A stretch of 62,904 nucleotides of DNA, filler included, from Chrysochromulina tobinii (lineage: Eukaryota), in the NCBI GenBank assembly GCA_001275005.1. It is 10 parts of 10 records of this genome, joined end to end, with 100 filler letters (N's around TTAATTAATTAA, not from the genome) between each part and the next. Parts side by side here need not be neighbours in the genome. Positions count along the whole stretch, not along the records: positions 23,041 to 33,720 come from JWZX01000395.1; positions 33,821 to 35,534 come from JWZX01000397.1; positions 35,635 to 44,794 come from JWZX01000398.1; 7 more parts are not named here. One strand, 5' to 3'. Under the pieces are notes generated by a model. It was not told the DNA's origin. It did not search any database and saw only the letters and a program-made list of their open reading frames with translations. Positions 28,973 to 39,713 of the stretch are shown piece after piece. The stretch's first letter is position 1. Every line of letters starts with the position of its first letter. The translations under genes were made by a program, and so were the position numbers.

Positions 28973-31900
28973 ATGTTATCTTTGTGCTGCCCGATCTCAT
29001 TGACGCGCGAGCCCGAGCCCGATGATTCCGTCGAGATGGGCACAGCGTCGGCCAAGAATGCCAGGAAGCTCGAGAGCCGTTCCCAGAAGGCGAGGCTCAA
29101 TCGTGCCCCCGACAGCTCAAGCGATCTCTGGGACGACATCTCCAACGACCTCAAGGAGCTGCAAACCCGAAGCCGCGGTGGTGTCATCGCGAGTACTGAC
29201 CTCAACGACGCTGCCATCGAAAAGCTGGCAAATGACAAGATCCAAGCAGCGGTCGCGGCTGCGGTGAAGGCGACGCGGGCGGAGGCGGCTGAGGCGCAGA
29301 AAGCGGCCATCGAGAAAGCGGTGGCCGCCGTCCGCGAGTCTGCTGTGTCCGATCCTCAAGGCGAGCTGGTGGCTGCGCTTGAGGCGGCCAAAAAGGAGGC
29401 GGCGCAGGCGCAGGCGCAGGCAGTGGCGGCCGCAGTGGCGGCGGCGCAGGAGGTGGCGCTCAAGTCGCAGCAAGCCGCCGTCGAGGCGGCAGCGGCGGCC
29501 GCTCGCAAGTCTGCTTTGGGCCTCGCGTTGGGCGATCAGCAGGGCGCGTTGGCGTTAGCGGCGGAGGCGGCCAAGATCGAGGCAAAGGCAGAGGCCGCGG
29601 CGGCGCAGGCGCAGGCAGTGGCGGCGGTCCGGGCGGAGGCGGCGGAGGCGCGGGACGCCGCCGTCGAGAAGGCGGCCGCCGCCGCTCGCGAGTCTGTGTT
29701 GGGCGATCAGCAGGGCGCGCTGGCGGCGGCGGTTGAGGCAGCCAAGGCGGAGGCTGCAGCGGCCGTCGAGGCAGCCAAGGCGGAGGCTGCAGCGGCCGTC
29801 GAGGCAGCCAAGGCGGAGGCCGCGGCGGCCACGGCCGAGGCCGCGGCGGCCGTCGAAGCAGCCAAGGCGGAATCGGCCCAGGCGCTCGAAGATCGAACAG
29901 CTTTAGAGATGGCTTTGGCGGAGGCAACAGCTCAGGCGACGGAGGCGGAGGCGGAGGCGGTGGCGGCAGCAGTGGAGAAGGTGCGGACAGAGGCGGCGCA
30001 GGCGCAGAAAGCGGCCGTCGAGGCGGCCGCCGCCGCTGCTCGCAAGTCCTTGTTGGGCGATCAGCAGGGCGAGCTGGCGGCGGCGATGGAGGCAACCAAG
30101 GCGGAGGCTGCAGCGGCCGTCGAGGCAGCCAAGGCGGAGGCTGCAGCGGCCGTCGAGGCAGCCAAGGCGGAGGCTGCAGCGGCCGTCGAGGCAGCCAAGG
30201 CGGAGGCGGCGGAAGCTCGGAGAGCCGTGGCGTCGGCGGTCGAGGCGGCCGCGAGGGCAGCAGCCAGGGCAAAAGAGGCGGCGGCCGACTTGACGTTCAG
30301 AGCGGAGGCGGCCGAAGCGGAGTTGGCGACGGCCAGTTTGCGCTGGGCCCAGGCGAAGGCCAAGACAGAGGCGGCCGAGGCAGAGGCGGCGGCGCGTCAG
30401 GCTGTCATTGAACAGATGCAATCGGCCCAGCTTGCATCGAGCGCGCTCGTGGCGGAAGCCATGGAGACGGCGTCCAATGCCGAGCAGCGCGCGGCTGTGG
30501 CCGAGGCGGCGTTGCATGCGCGCTCCACCGCGGCGGCGGGCGTTGGCGCGGCGGAGGCCCAGTTGGCCCAGGCTCAAGCGGAGACAGCGCAGGCTCGGGC
30601 AGAGGCAGCGCAGTTTGAGGCGGAGGCAGCGCAGTTTGAGGCAGAGGCAGCGCAGGCTCAGGCGGAGGTCGCTGAGCTGAGGCAGCAGCTGGAGGAGGCG
30701 GCGCAGGCCCAGGCGGCGAGAGCCGCCAGTGGCCCATCCTTAGCCGCAGAGGTTGCTGAGCTGAAGCAGCAGCTGGAGGAGGCGGCGCAGGCCCAGGCAG
30801 AGGCAGCTCAGGCTGGGGCGGAGATCTCAGAGCTGAGGCGGCAGCTGGAGGAGGCGGCGCAGCTAGGGCGGAAGGCTGGGGTGGAGATCTCTGAGCTGAA
30901 GCAGCAGCTGGAGGAGGCGGCGCAGCTAGGGCGGAAGGCTGGGGCGGAGATCTCTGAGCTGAGGCGGCAGCTGGAGGAGGCGGCGCAGGCTGGGGCGGAG
31001 GCGGTCAGCACGGAGGAAAGGTTGGCGACCGGGCGCGAGACTGCTGAGGCGACCGCTCGAGCCGAGGCGGAGGCGGCCGTTGCGAAGGCAGCTTTGGCGT
31101 CCGAGCGCGAGGCGCGTGCAGCCGCCGAGGAGCGTGCTGCCACCTTCAAAGAGCGCCTCGACACTGCCGAATGGAGCGTTGAAGAGGCTGAGGCAGAGGC
31201 CGCAGAGCTGAGGAAGCAGCTGGCAAAGGCAAAGGAAGCAGTTGGCACATCGCAGGCGGTGGCAAATTCGGCACAGGCCGAGGCAGAGGTCGCCGAGCTC
31301 AAGCAGCAGCTGGCGACGGCGACGTGGAACAGCGAGGAGGCTGAGGCAGAGGTTGCCGAGCTCAGGAGACAGCTGGCGACGGCGATGGCGCAGAGCACGT
31401 CGCAGGAGGCGGCGGAGCCGGCAAATGCCGAGGCCGAGGTCGCCGAGCTCAAGCAGCAGCTGCAGTCGGCGATGGCAGAGGCGGCGGCAGCGCAGGCGTC
31501 GCTCGCTGCGGCGCACGAGGTCGTAGCGAGCCAGGACGTTGCCTTTGAGGCCGCAGTGAAGCGGGCGGTGACGGTTGAGCGCGCTGTGAAGGAGACGGTG
31601 GAGGAGGCGAGGAGAGCAGCAGCGAGCGAGGCGCGAGCAGAGGCAGCGTCCCTCGCCGCTGTCGAGCTGGAGGCTGCTGTCTCCGCTGCGCGCGCCCAGG
31701 CAACCTTAGCGGCGGAAGCAAGAGCGAACGAGGCTGTTGCGACCGCGACGGCGAGAATGAATGACGCCGTCGCGAAGCTTGAGGCTATGCGCATGGTACA
31801 CGCGGCCGAGCTCGCGCGCAAGGAGGTTGCGTTCTTCTCCGAGCAGGAGAAGATGCTCTCGTCTAGGGAGGGCGTGAGCGCAGAGCTCGACGCGGCGCGT

Positions 31901-33678
31901 GCTCAAATTGCCGAGCTCACGGAGCTGACCGATCGGCAACATGAGGCGCTGATGGAAGCACGCGCGGCGGCGGCAGCGATTGAGGCGGCCAAGGCGGAGG
32001 CTGCAGCGGCCGTCGAGGCAGCCAAGGCGGAGGCCGCGGCGGCCATGGCCGAGGCCGCGGCAGAGAAGGCTTTGGCTGAGAAGGCTTTGGCTGAGGCGAA
32101 GACGGCGACCGAGAAGTCGGCGGCCGAGGCGAAGGCGGCGGCCGAGAAGTCGGCGGCCGAGGCGAAGGCGGCGGCCGAGGCCGCGGGCACCTTGTCACCG
32201 TGGGCGGCGGCGGCGGCGGGCGATCCTGACAGCTCAGCAGCCCTGGCGATGCTGCAGGGGCAACTCGTGATCGCTATGGCCGAGAAAGACACGAAGGCGG
32301 CCGAGTTGCTGCATACGCAGGAGATGCTTGCCCAAGTGAAGACAGAGCTGCTCAACATGACGATGGCGCTGGAGGAGACAGCGCAGGCTCAGGCTCAGGC
32401 GGAGGCAAAAGCCAAGTCTGCGAACCCGGGAAATATGATCAAGGGGCTTCTGAACAAAACCAAGCAGGAGGCCGAGGCAGTTGTGAACAAGACCAAACAG
32501 GAGGCCAAGGCGGCTGCGCAGCGGGCCGGCAGTGGCGTGGATGCGCTCGCGGCGCAAGCACGGCGTCTCAGCACGTTGTCTCAACATGACACAGGGCACG
32601 ACAACGAAGCGCTTGGCGACGAAGTAGTGGACGAGCACGAGCCAGCTGAGAAGGAAGATCGTGATGAGGCGCCAGCCGTCGTCTCGTTCGCCAAGCTCGC
32701 CACCCCGGGGGAGAAGCTCAAGGGACTCGGCGCGGGGCTATTCGAAAAGACCAAGCTGGGTGCGAATGCATTCGCGGCGCAAGCACGTCGTCTGAGTGCG
32801 ACGTCCCACCATGAATCGGTGCATGGGGACGAACAGGAAGACGACGAACAAGCTGCGATTCTTCGACGTGAGCTCGGTCTCCGAGGCACCCCCGCTGAGG
32901 TGGCCAAGCAGGCGGCGGAGGCTCTGGGCTTGACCGAGACGGCTGGTCTCTCGACGAACGCCCTCATGGAGCGCTGCCTAGCCGAACTGGAGGGTGACGA
33001 GGGTGACGGTCTAGAGGGTGATGAGGTCAACTGGCGCGATGAGGCGGCGCCGGCGGTGCCGCTGGACGACGATGTCGCCGATGAGGCGGTGCTGCCTGCG
33101 CCGCTGGACGACGTCGAACCCGACGAGGCGGTGCCGGACGCGCCGCTGGACGATGAGGTCGCCGAGGATGAGGTCGCCGAGGATGAGGTCGCCGAGGTCG
33201 ACGACCGGCTCCAATCGATCTTGTACCGTCGCCGTCAGAGCGCTGAGGCTGCCGCCAAGGAGGCCAAGGAGGCCAAGCTCGCGAAGCCAGCAGAGAAGAT
33301 GAAGGGGCTGTTCAGTATGACCAAGCAGGCAGCCGAAGCAGCTGCCAAGAAGACCAAACAGGCGACCGAGGCAGCTGTGAACAAGACGAAACAGGCGACC
33401 GAGGCAGCTGTGAACAAGACCAAGCAAGCGACCGAAGCAGTGGTGAATAAGACCAAGCAGGAAGCCGAGGCGGTTGCGCAGCGGGCCGGCAGGGCAGGCC
33501 GGTCACTTGGCAGCGGCGTAGATGCGCTCGCAGCGCAAGCACGTCGTGTCAGCGGCGTCAGCAGCATCGACGAGGGCTGGCCTACCAACAGGAGTGAAGC
33601 TGACTATGAGGGCGAAGAGGAAGAGGAGAAGCCTGACCTCTGGCCTGATGCGCCTGACCCATTTGCCTCACCCTTAAA

Positions 33679-33710
<32 letters not shown>

Positions 33711-33720
33711 GAACGCCGCC
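28973..33720 (+). CDS. Large Ala/Glu-rich coiled-coil protein, 3' truncated
   Basis: Uninterrupted ORF of >1500 aa with AAVEAAKAE, ELKQQLEEAAQ and NKTKQATEAAV repeats; N-terminal 'MLSLCC'. Confidence 0.75.
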
Positions 33721-33820
33721 NNNNNNNNNNNNNNNNNNNNNNNNNNNNNNNNNNNNNNNNNNNNTTAATTAATTAANNNNNNNNNNNNNNNNNNNNNNNN
33801 NNNNNNNNNNNNNNNNNNNN

Positions 33821-35445
33821 CACAGCAGCGGCGGGGGCAGCATGTGCAGCGGCATCGCGCCTGAGTAGATCGTCTGCAGCCGCAGCCGCGCGACGTCGTC
33901 GAGGAGCGTATTCGGACGCACCACCGAGGTCAAGTCGGCGATATGGACCGTGAGGGTACGGCTCTGCGCATCATATGAGATCGCGTCGTCGCGAAAGTCG
34001 GTCGAGTCACTGTCGATGGCGTAGACGCGAGGGCAGCGCGAGCGCAGGTCGACGCGCCCGTGCAGCCCATTGCAGCCCTCGTCGCTGTCATCCACCTGGC
34101 AAGCGGCTTCCTCCTCGGCCGCCGACGGCAGCCACGACAGCCACCCCACCTGCCGAGGCACAGCCGCCGCGCTGGCCGCCGCGCCGCTGGAGGCCGCGAG
34201 CATCGACGGCGCGATCTGCTTGTAGCCTTCGCGGCGCAGGCGCACCTCCTCGGCCCGCTCCGCGCCCTCGGCGAGCGCCTCGCGCGGGAATGGATCGAGC
34301 CACGCGCCGGACGAGTAGCCGAGCCGCGCGCTCGCGTCCGCCTCGCCCTCGACCCACTGACCCACCTCTATGAAGAGCTCGCGGGCGCCCGTGGCGTTGG
34401 CGGGCTGGTCGAAGCTGCCGGAGCACGCGCGCAACTTGCTTGCTCGTCTCACCCAGGCCGAGGGCCACCATCTCGATCTCCGCGAGCAGCGGCAACTTGG
34501 CGCTGCTGGCCAGACGCCGCCGCCGCCGCCGCCGCCGCTGTAGGTGCTGCCGCCGCTGCTGCCGCTGCTGCCGCTGCTGCCGCTGCTGCTGCTGCTGCTG
34601 CTGCCACGGCTGCCGGCCTCTGCAGTAGCTTCGCGGCCGCCCTCGCCGCCTGCAGGCGACGCGCCCTGCGCCTCCTCCTGCCGCATGCTCGCGTGGCGTG
34701 CGCGCATCGCCTCGATCAAGGACGCCTCGGCCTGCGAGCTCGAGGTAGAGCGAGGGAGCACCTTGAAGCCGCCGCGCGCCCAGCGCACGGGCACATCGGC
34801 AGCAGACGGCGCATCGCCGCTCCACTGCGCGAGCTCGATGGGCACGCGCTTGAAGAGCGTGCGCTCAGCCGCGAGGAGCTGGCCGGCCGCCAGCCGCTGC
34901 ACCAGTCGCTGCCGTGCGCTCGGGCCTTGCCGGTGCGGCGAGGTGAAGAGCTCTTGCGCGACGCGCGACGAGTCGACGCGCTCGCGCGCAGCGGCCTTCT
35001 CGGTGAGCAGGCGCTGCCACAGCGGCCGCAAATCGAGCATGTGCGGCGGCAGCTCAGCCAGAAGCCCGGCCGCTTCCGCCTGCAACGATGTCCACCCATC
35101 GGGCGTGCTCGGATACCCAGCGTCAGCGGCCCAGACGTCGACGAGCTGCCCGCCGTCCACCTTGATGCTGCGACCGCTGCTGAGCTCGACGATCAGCGCA
35201 TTGGAGCCCTCTGCGCGGCTTCGGAAGTTGCCGACCGCCAGGCCGCCCTCGTGCCACAGCTCGACGGCTGCGCCGGAACAGAGCAGGCTGTCGGTGGACG
35301 GCGTAACCGCATGGAGGAGGATGGCGCCACGCGCAGGGCGGAGAGGCGTCCGCGGGCAGAGGATGTTCGGCGGCGACCAGGCGGCCGCCACGAGCAGCCC
35401 GGTGGCGACGAAGAAGTTCATCATCGAACCAACCCCAAACCCCAT
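33821..35445 (-). CDS. Ribonuclease II/R (RNB domain) family protein, probably plastid-targeted, 3' truncated
   Basis: 'RVDLR...VYAIDSDSTDFRDDAIS...VHIAD...LLDDVARLRLQTIY...LHMLP' is the RNB catalytic motif (D..s..DDA); N-terminal signal peptide. Confidence 0.85.
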
Positions 35446-35658
35446 ATCCTCAAGCTCACCGCAGGTGTGGTTGTGTTCAGTTAGGTGTGAATGAGGGCTC
35501 CCGCAGGCGAGCCGACCTTTCGGTCCGGCCGAGCNNNNNNNNNNNNNNNNNNNNNNNNNNNNNNNNNNNNNNNNNNNNTTAATTAATTAANNNNNNNNNN
35601 NNNNNNNNNNNNNNNNNNNNNNNNNNNNNNNNNNAATGCCCATCGCGGGCTGCGTTGA

Positions 35659-35755
35659 GTGGGCTCCTTGCACAGAAGCAAAGTCTGTGCCGCCGTCGCG
35701 TGACTGTATGGGCTCCTTGCACAGAAGCAAAGTCTGTGCCGCCGTCGCGTGACTG
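35659..35755. repeat. ~50-nt tandem duplication
   Basis: 'tgggctccttgcacagaagcaaagtctgtgccgccgtcgcgtgactg' occurs twice. Confidence 0.85.
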
Positions 35756-35859
35756 AACTGAAAAATATAGTCAAATATAAGGAAGGGGCCGAGAAAGGGG
35801 CCGAGTAAGTGCCCATGCGTTCGCCACGCTCACGGACGCGCAGCTCACAGCTGCGACTG

Positions 35860-36124
35860 TGACACAACCGTGTTCATGTGTGAATAGTGGTGGGTGTCTG
35901 TAACCGATCATCATATGGTCGAGGTAGTCCAGTTGCCTTTCCGGGCAAGTATCCGGTCAGAGCCAGTCCTTGACTCTGCTCCGTGACTGGACGACAGCGA
36001 CCTCGATGGTGGTCCTTGTCTTTGTGCGTGTGCGCAGTGGCGCCAGTGCACAGCTCAGTGGAGCATACTAACAGTGAAACCAGTACGTCTTAGCATAACA
36101 GCATGTCAACTACTGGCTCTTCAA
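35860..36124 (+). repeat. 5' LTR
   Basis: Matches 38845-39109; I see one substitution (ctctgCtcc vs ctctgAtcc). Confidence 0.92.
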
Positions 36125-37422
36125 TGGTAGCGGACAACTGGTCTATCGACTTCAAACAACTGCGCACCGATTTTGACAAACCACAACACGGCGTTGATGA
36201 GGCCGCCCCAGGCATACCGTTCCGATTCTGGGATGACGACCCAAGCTGCTCGAGCACCTCGGCGCGGTACCCCTCTACACAGCAGGTCGCGGGCTCGTCG
36301 ACTGACGTGGACGGCCCACATGCCGAAGTTGCACCCTCGGCACCTGCTCCGTCACAACTCTCCGACCTCCCCGCCGAGCAACGTGCCGACGTGCAGCCGA
36401 GCACCGCTGTTGAGGCACTGTCCAATGTCACAACAGTCCAACTCGAGTGTCTCTCTGAGCGCATCACCATCGTGGAGCAGCTCTGTGAACAGCTCGGCGA
36501 GTCCGCGGACAAGATGCACGACTTTGACGAGCACGTGCGCTACGTCGTCAACACCTTCGATCGCACGCAGAAGGCCTTCGAACGCACGGATAAGCTGATC
36601 GGCGACGTTCAGGCCGAGGCGAGCCGCATGGCAGAAGTCCTCGTCGAGCTGCGGAGCGACCATCTCGCCGACCTCGACCGCCACGCTCACCTACAAGATG
36701 TCATCAAGCACTACGTCGACCCGCGCATTCTCGAGCTCGCGATGACACAGCGTGGGCAACACGCGGAGCTCGTCAAGCGCGTCAGCCATCTGGAGAAGGA
36801 CACCGTCGTGGAACTCAACGTCCTCCAGTCTCGCATTCATGCTCTCGAAGCTCGCCGTCACGTTCAGCCTACCGACCACGACACAGTCGACGCGCGGGCG
36901 ACCGACAATGAGATGATCAACGCGCAGCTCTCCGCTCTCAAGGATCGCCTTCTCGATGTCCATCAACACTCGGCTGAGCAATGGACCGCTCTTGATGCCC
37001 GCGTTCGCTCTTTCGAAGTGGATCGCTCCTCGCTCAAGCCGCAGCCAGTGCCTAGCATTGCCTTCAAGTGTATAGCCACGGCATCCAGCCTCGCGCGCCA
37101 CCTTGCTCGCTTCATCCTCGACGCGCGCGCGCCGGTCGCCAGCTTCTTGGCAGGCGCTGTGTTCGCCTTCTTATGGATGTTCTGGCTCCCGAGTGCTCGT
37201 CTTCACCCTGCACCAGCCGACGTCGGCTCCCTCAACATGCTGCACTGCGGACGTGTGAACATGCCGAATCCCCTCAAGCAAGGGTCAATCCTCAAGGCCG
37301 CCGCTGACACCCCGGGCGCCCATCCGATACCACGTCAAGCTGCACACTATGGGTCGCGACGACAAGTTCGACGAGCACGCTCTGCCAGGGTTCTACGTCG
37401 GCCCTTCCCCGGAGAACCCTGA
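36103..37422 (+). CDS. Retrotransposon ORF1 (coiled-coil, Gag-position protein) with a hydrophobic C-terminal segment
   Basis: 439-aa ORF starting in the 5' LTR; heptad-like helical region; no clear zinc knuckle. Confidence 0.55.
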   Translation: MSTTGSSMVADNWSIDFKQLRTDFDKPQHGVDEAAPGIPFRFWDDDPSCSSTSARYPSTQQVAGSSTDVDGPHAEVAPSAPAPSQLSDLPAEQRADVQPSTAVEALSNVTTVQLECLSERITIVEQLCEQLGESADKMHDFDEHVRYVVNTFDRTQKAFERTDKLIGDVQAEASRMAEVLVELRSDHLADLDRHAHLQDVIKHYVDPRILELAMTQRGQHAELVKRVSHLEKDTVVELNVLQSRIHALEARRHVQPTDHDTVDARATDNEMINAQLSALKDRLLDVHQHSAEQWTALDARVRSFEVDRSSLKPQPVPSIAFKCIATASSLARHLARFILDARAPVASFLAGAVFAFLWMFWLPSARLHPAPADVGSLNMLHCGRVNMPNPLKQGSILKAAADTPGAHPIPRQAAHYGSRRQVRRARSARVLRRPFPGEP

Positions 37423-38790
37423 AGAGAAATACGTCGCTCATGTCCACGACCGCGACCCTCCTCAAGGTGACTTCGAATGAGCACAACGAGCTCGACATCG
37501 GCCTCCTCGACGTCCCTGACGAAGACGACGGCCCGACCATCGACGCCGCGCTCTACCTCGCCAAGGGCAAGAAGTTCTCGATCGACAGGAAGGAAGTCGT
37601 CTATCACACCGAGAGCGGTGTGGTGCACGCCCTCGAACCCCGTGGGATCAAGGAGGCCCTCACCTCCTTGCAGCGCGATCAGTGGATGCTCGCGATCGAG
37701 AAGGAGATGGACAACCTTCGAGCCCACGACGCCTTCCACTACGTGCCCGTCAAGGAGGCTCTCGCCCAAGGCAAGAAGATCATGCGCATGACCTGGGTGT
37801 TCAAGATCAAGACGCACGACACCGGCGCGCTCGACAAGTTCAAGGCGCGCTTCTGCGTTGTCGGCACCTCCCAGGTCAAAGGTCAGGACTACTTCAGGAC
37901 CACCTTGCCCGAGTACCACTCCCAGGCAGTGTAGTCGCTTGTCGCGTAGCGAAACTCGAGGACCGTCCCGTTCGGCAAGGGCTCTTTGAGCACTTGAGCA
38001 GTCCTCGTCGGCGGAGGTGGAGGCTGGACGAGCGGCAGGGTCGAGTCGGGCGTGGGCGTGGGCCACGAGTCAAAGTACTCGCTGCTCAGATGGATGGGTT
38101 GTAGGAAGCGCGACTCGTCGATGACGAAGGAGCCACCGATGGAGATGTGGCGTGTGCCCGTCCATCCGACGGCACGTCGTCTTGACAGAAGAGGCAGAGT
38201 GGCATGTCTGCAATGTCTGCGGCCCGCCACGCACGTTGACGACGGCATCGGCGGTGCCTCCACTACCGCGGTCCTCGAGTGGATGTACGCCGAGATCATC
38301 AAGCACGGCTTCTCCTTTTCGCAACAAGGGGGGTGGCACACGATCCTCGGCTTCGGCGCCAAGCGCGACCTGGTCAACCGCACCGTCACCATCAGCGCGG
38401 GCGGGCACATCCGCGATCTGGTTCGCATGCACCTGATTGACGAGGTGGCCTCAACGCTCAACCCTCCAACGCCCACTGCACGGACCATCATGGACTTGCA
38501 ACCGGCAGGTGAGGAGACGGCCGCCGAAGCCTCGATGCACATCGCGTGGCGCGCCAACGCCCGCGCCCTTAAGGGGTCCTTGATCTACATTCAGCAGATC
38601 CATCCGGCCATTGCGCACGGAGTCAGCCGAGTGTGCGCGCACATGGCCACGCCGACGCACGAATCCTACGCCGCAGCCAAACGCATCCTCGCCTGGCTGT
38701 CTCACCGTGCGGATCTCGGGGTCACCTACGGCGCCTCGCACCTGACAAGTGCAGCGGATCTTACACCGCCCAAGGACGCCCTCCTCCCCA
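37320..38790 (+). pseudogene. Fragmented copia pol (SH3-like domain and partial reverse transcriptase)
   Basis: 'DKFDEHALPGFYVG' (post-integrase SH3-like), RT pieces in the 37440..37934 and 38052..38888 ORFs; no protease, integrase core or RNase H seen. Confidence 0.8.
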
Positions 38791-38844
38791 TGGGTGACTT
38801 CTACGCCTTAACACTCGCCGAGCGCAGTGTCTCGTCGGGGGGGG

Positions 38845-39109
38845 TGACACAACCGTGTTCATGTGTGAATAGTGGTGGGTGTCTGTAACCGATCATCATA
38901 TGGTCGAGGTAGTCCAGTTGCCTTTCCGGGCAAGTATCCGGTCAGAGCCAGTCCTTGACTCTGATCCGTGACTGGACGACAGCGACCTCGATGGTGGTCC
39001 TTGTCTTTGTGCGTGTGCGCAGTGGCGCCAGTGCACAGCTCAGTGGAGCATACTAACAGTGAAACCAGTACGTCTTAGCATAACAGCATGTCAACTACTG
39101 GCTCTTCAA
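38845..39109 (+). repeat. 3' LTR
   Basis: Copy of the 5' LTR preceded by GGGGGGGG. Confidence 0.92.
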
Positions 39110-39713
39110 GACTGCTCGACCGCGCGTGGGAGCGCTTTCCGCAGAGCGACGCGCAGCGCCGCACCTGGCTGCGGCCGAAAGGCCTGCACCCCGAGCCGAA
39201 CGAGATGCTGCACGTCCCCGGGCTCGACGTCTTCCTCGGCACGCCGGCACCTGACCGTGTCGACTGAGGACTTCCTTGAAACAAAGCGGGGAATTTAAAT
39301 TAAATTGCCGGTCTAGGAATTACCGGTGTAAGAAAAAAGAGACCCTCGCCTTCGCGGCCAGCCGTATGAATGTCCTTGGGCTCCTCGCGTGAGTGAAGGC
39401 GGCAGAGCCATCTGTCGTCGAGCCCGTCGGCAAAACTAATCTATCAACGAGCTCGCGCCATATGCACAGCTGTTCTGCATCAGGCCTTCCGGTGGTGTCA
39501 GGCATCGATTAGCCGACGGCGCGCCGTAAAGATCTCCAGGACTGAAAGCCAAGGCGACGCCACTTGGAACGTGCGGAGTCAAGGTCATCCCCCCCTCAAG
39601 ATCGGGCGCGGCAGCCATGGGCCAGGCACGCGTCCGGAGGTCTGTCGGCTCAAAACAAGTCATATTGCCAGACTGTGTAGGGCTGGAAATGTATCGTCGG
39701 CACGAAAAACGCG

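Larger units (their letters stand above)
35860..39109 (+). mobile_element. Ty1/copia LTR retrotransposon, internally deleted and rearranged (non-autonomous)
   Basis: 265-nt direct repeats at 35860-36124 and 38845-39109 starting TG; GACTG on both flanks (35855-35859, 39110-39114); PBS-like TGGTAGCGG after the 5' LTR; G-run polypurine tract before the 3' LTR; copia RT motifs 'W..AI.KEMDNL..H..F..V', 'WVFKIK...KFKARF..G..Q..G.DY', 'HVDD', 'GSLIY...HPAIA..VS'. Confidence 0.93.

Noticed and set aside
34410..34515. Short stretch of the RNB gene that reads better in another frame (LPLLAEIEMVALGLGETSKQVARVLRQ)
   Set aside because: Most likely two compensating sequencing indels next to a GC-rich microsatellite; cannot be resolved without reads.
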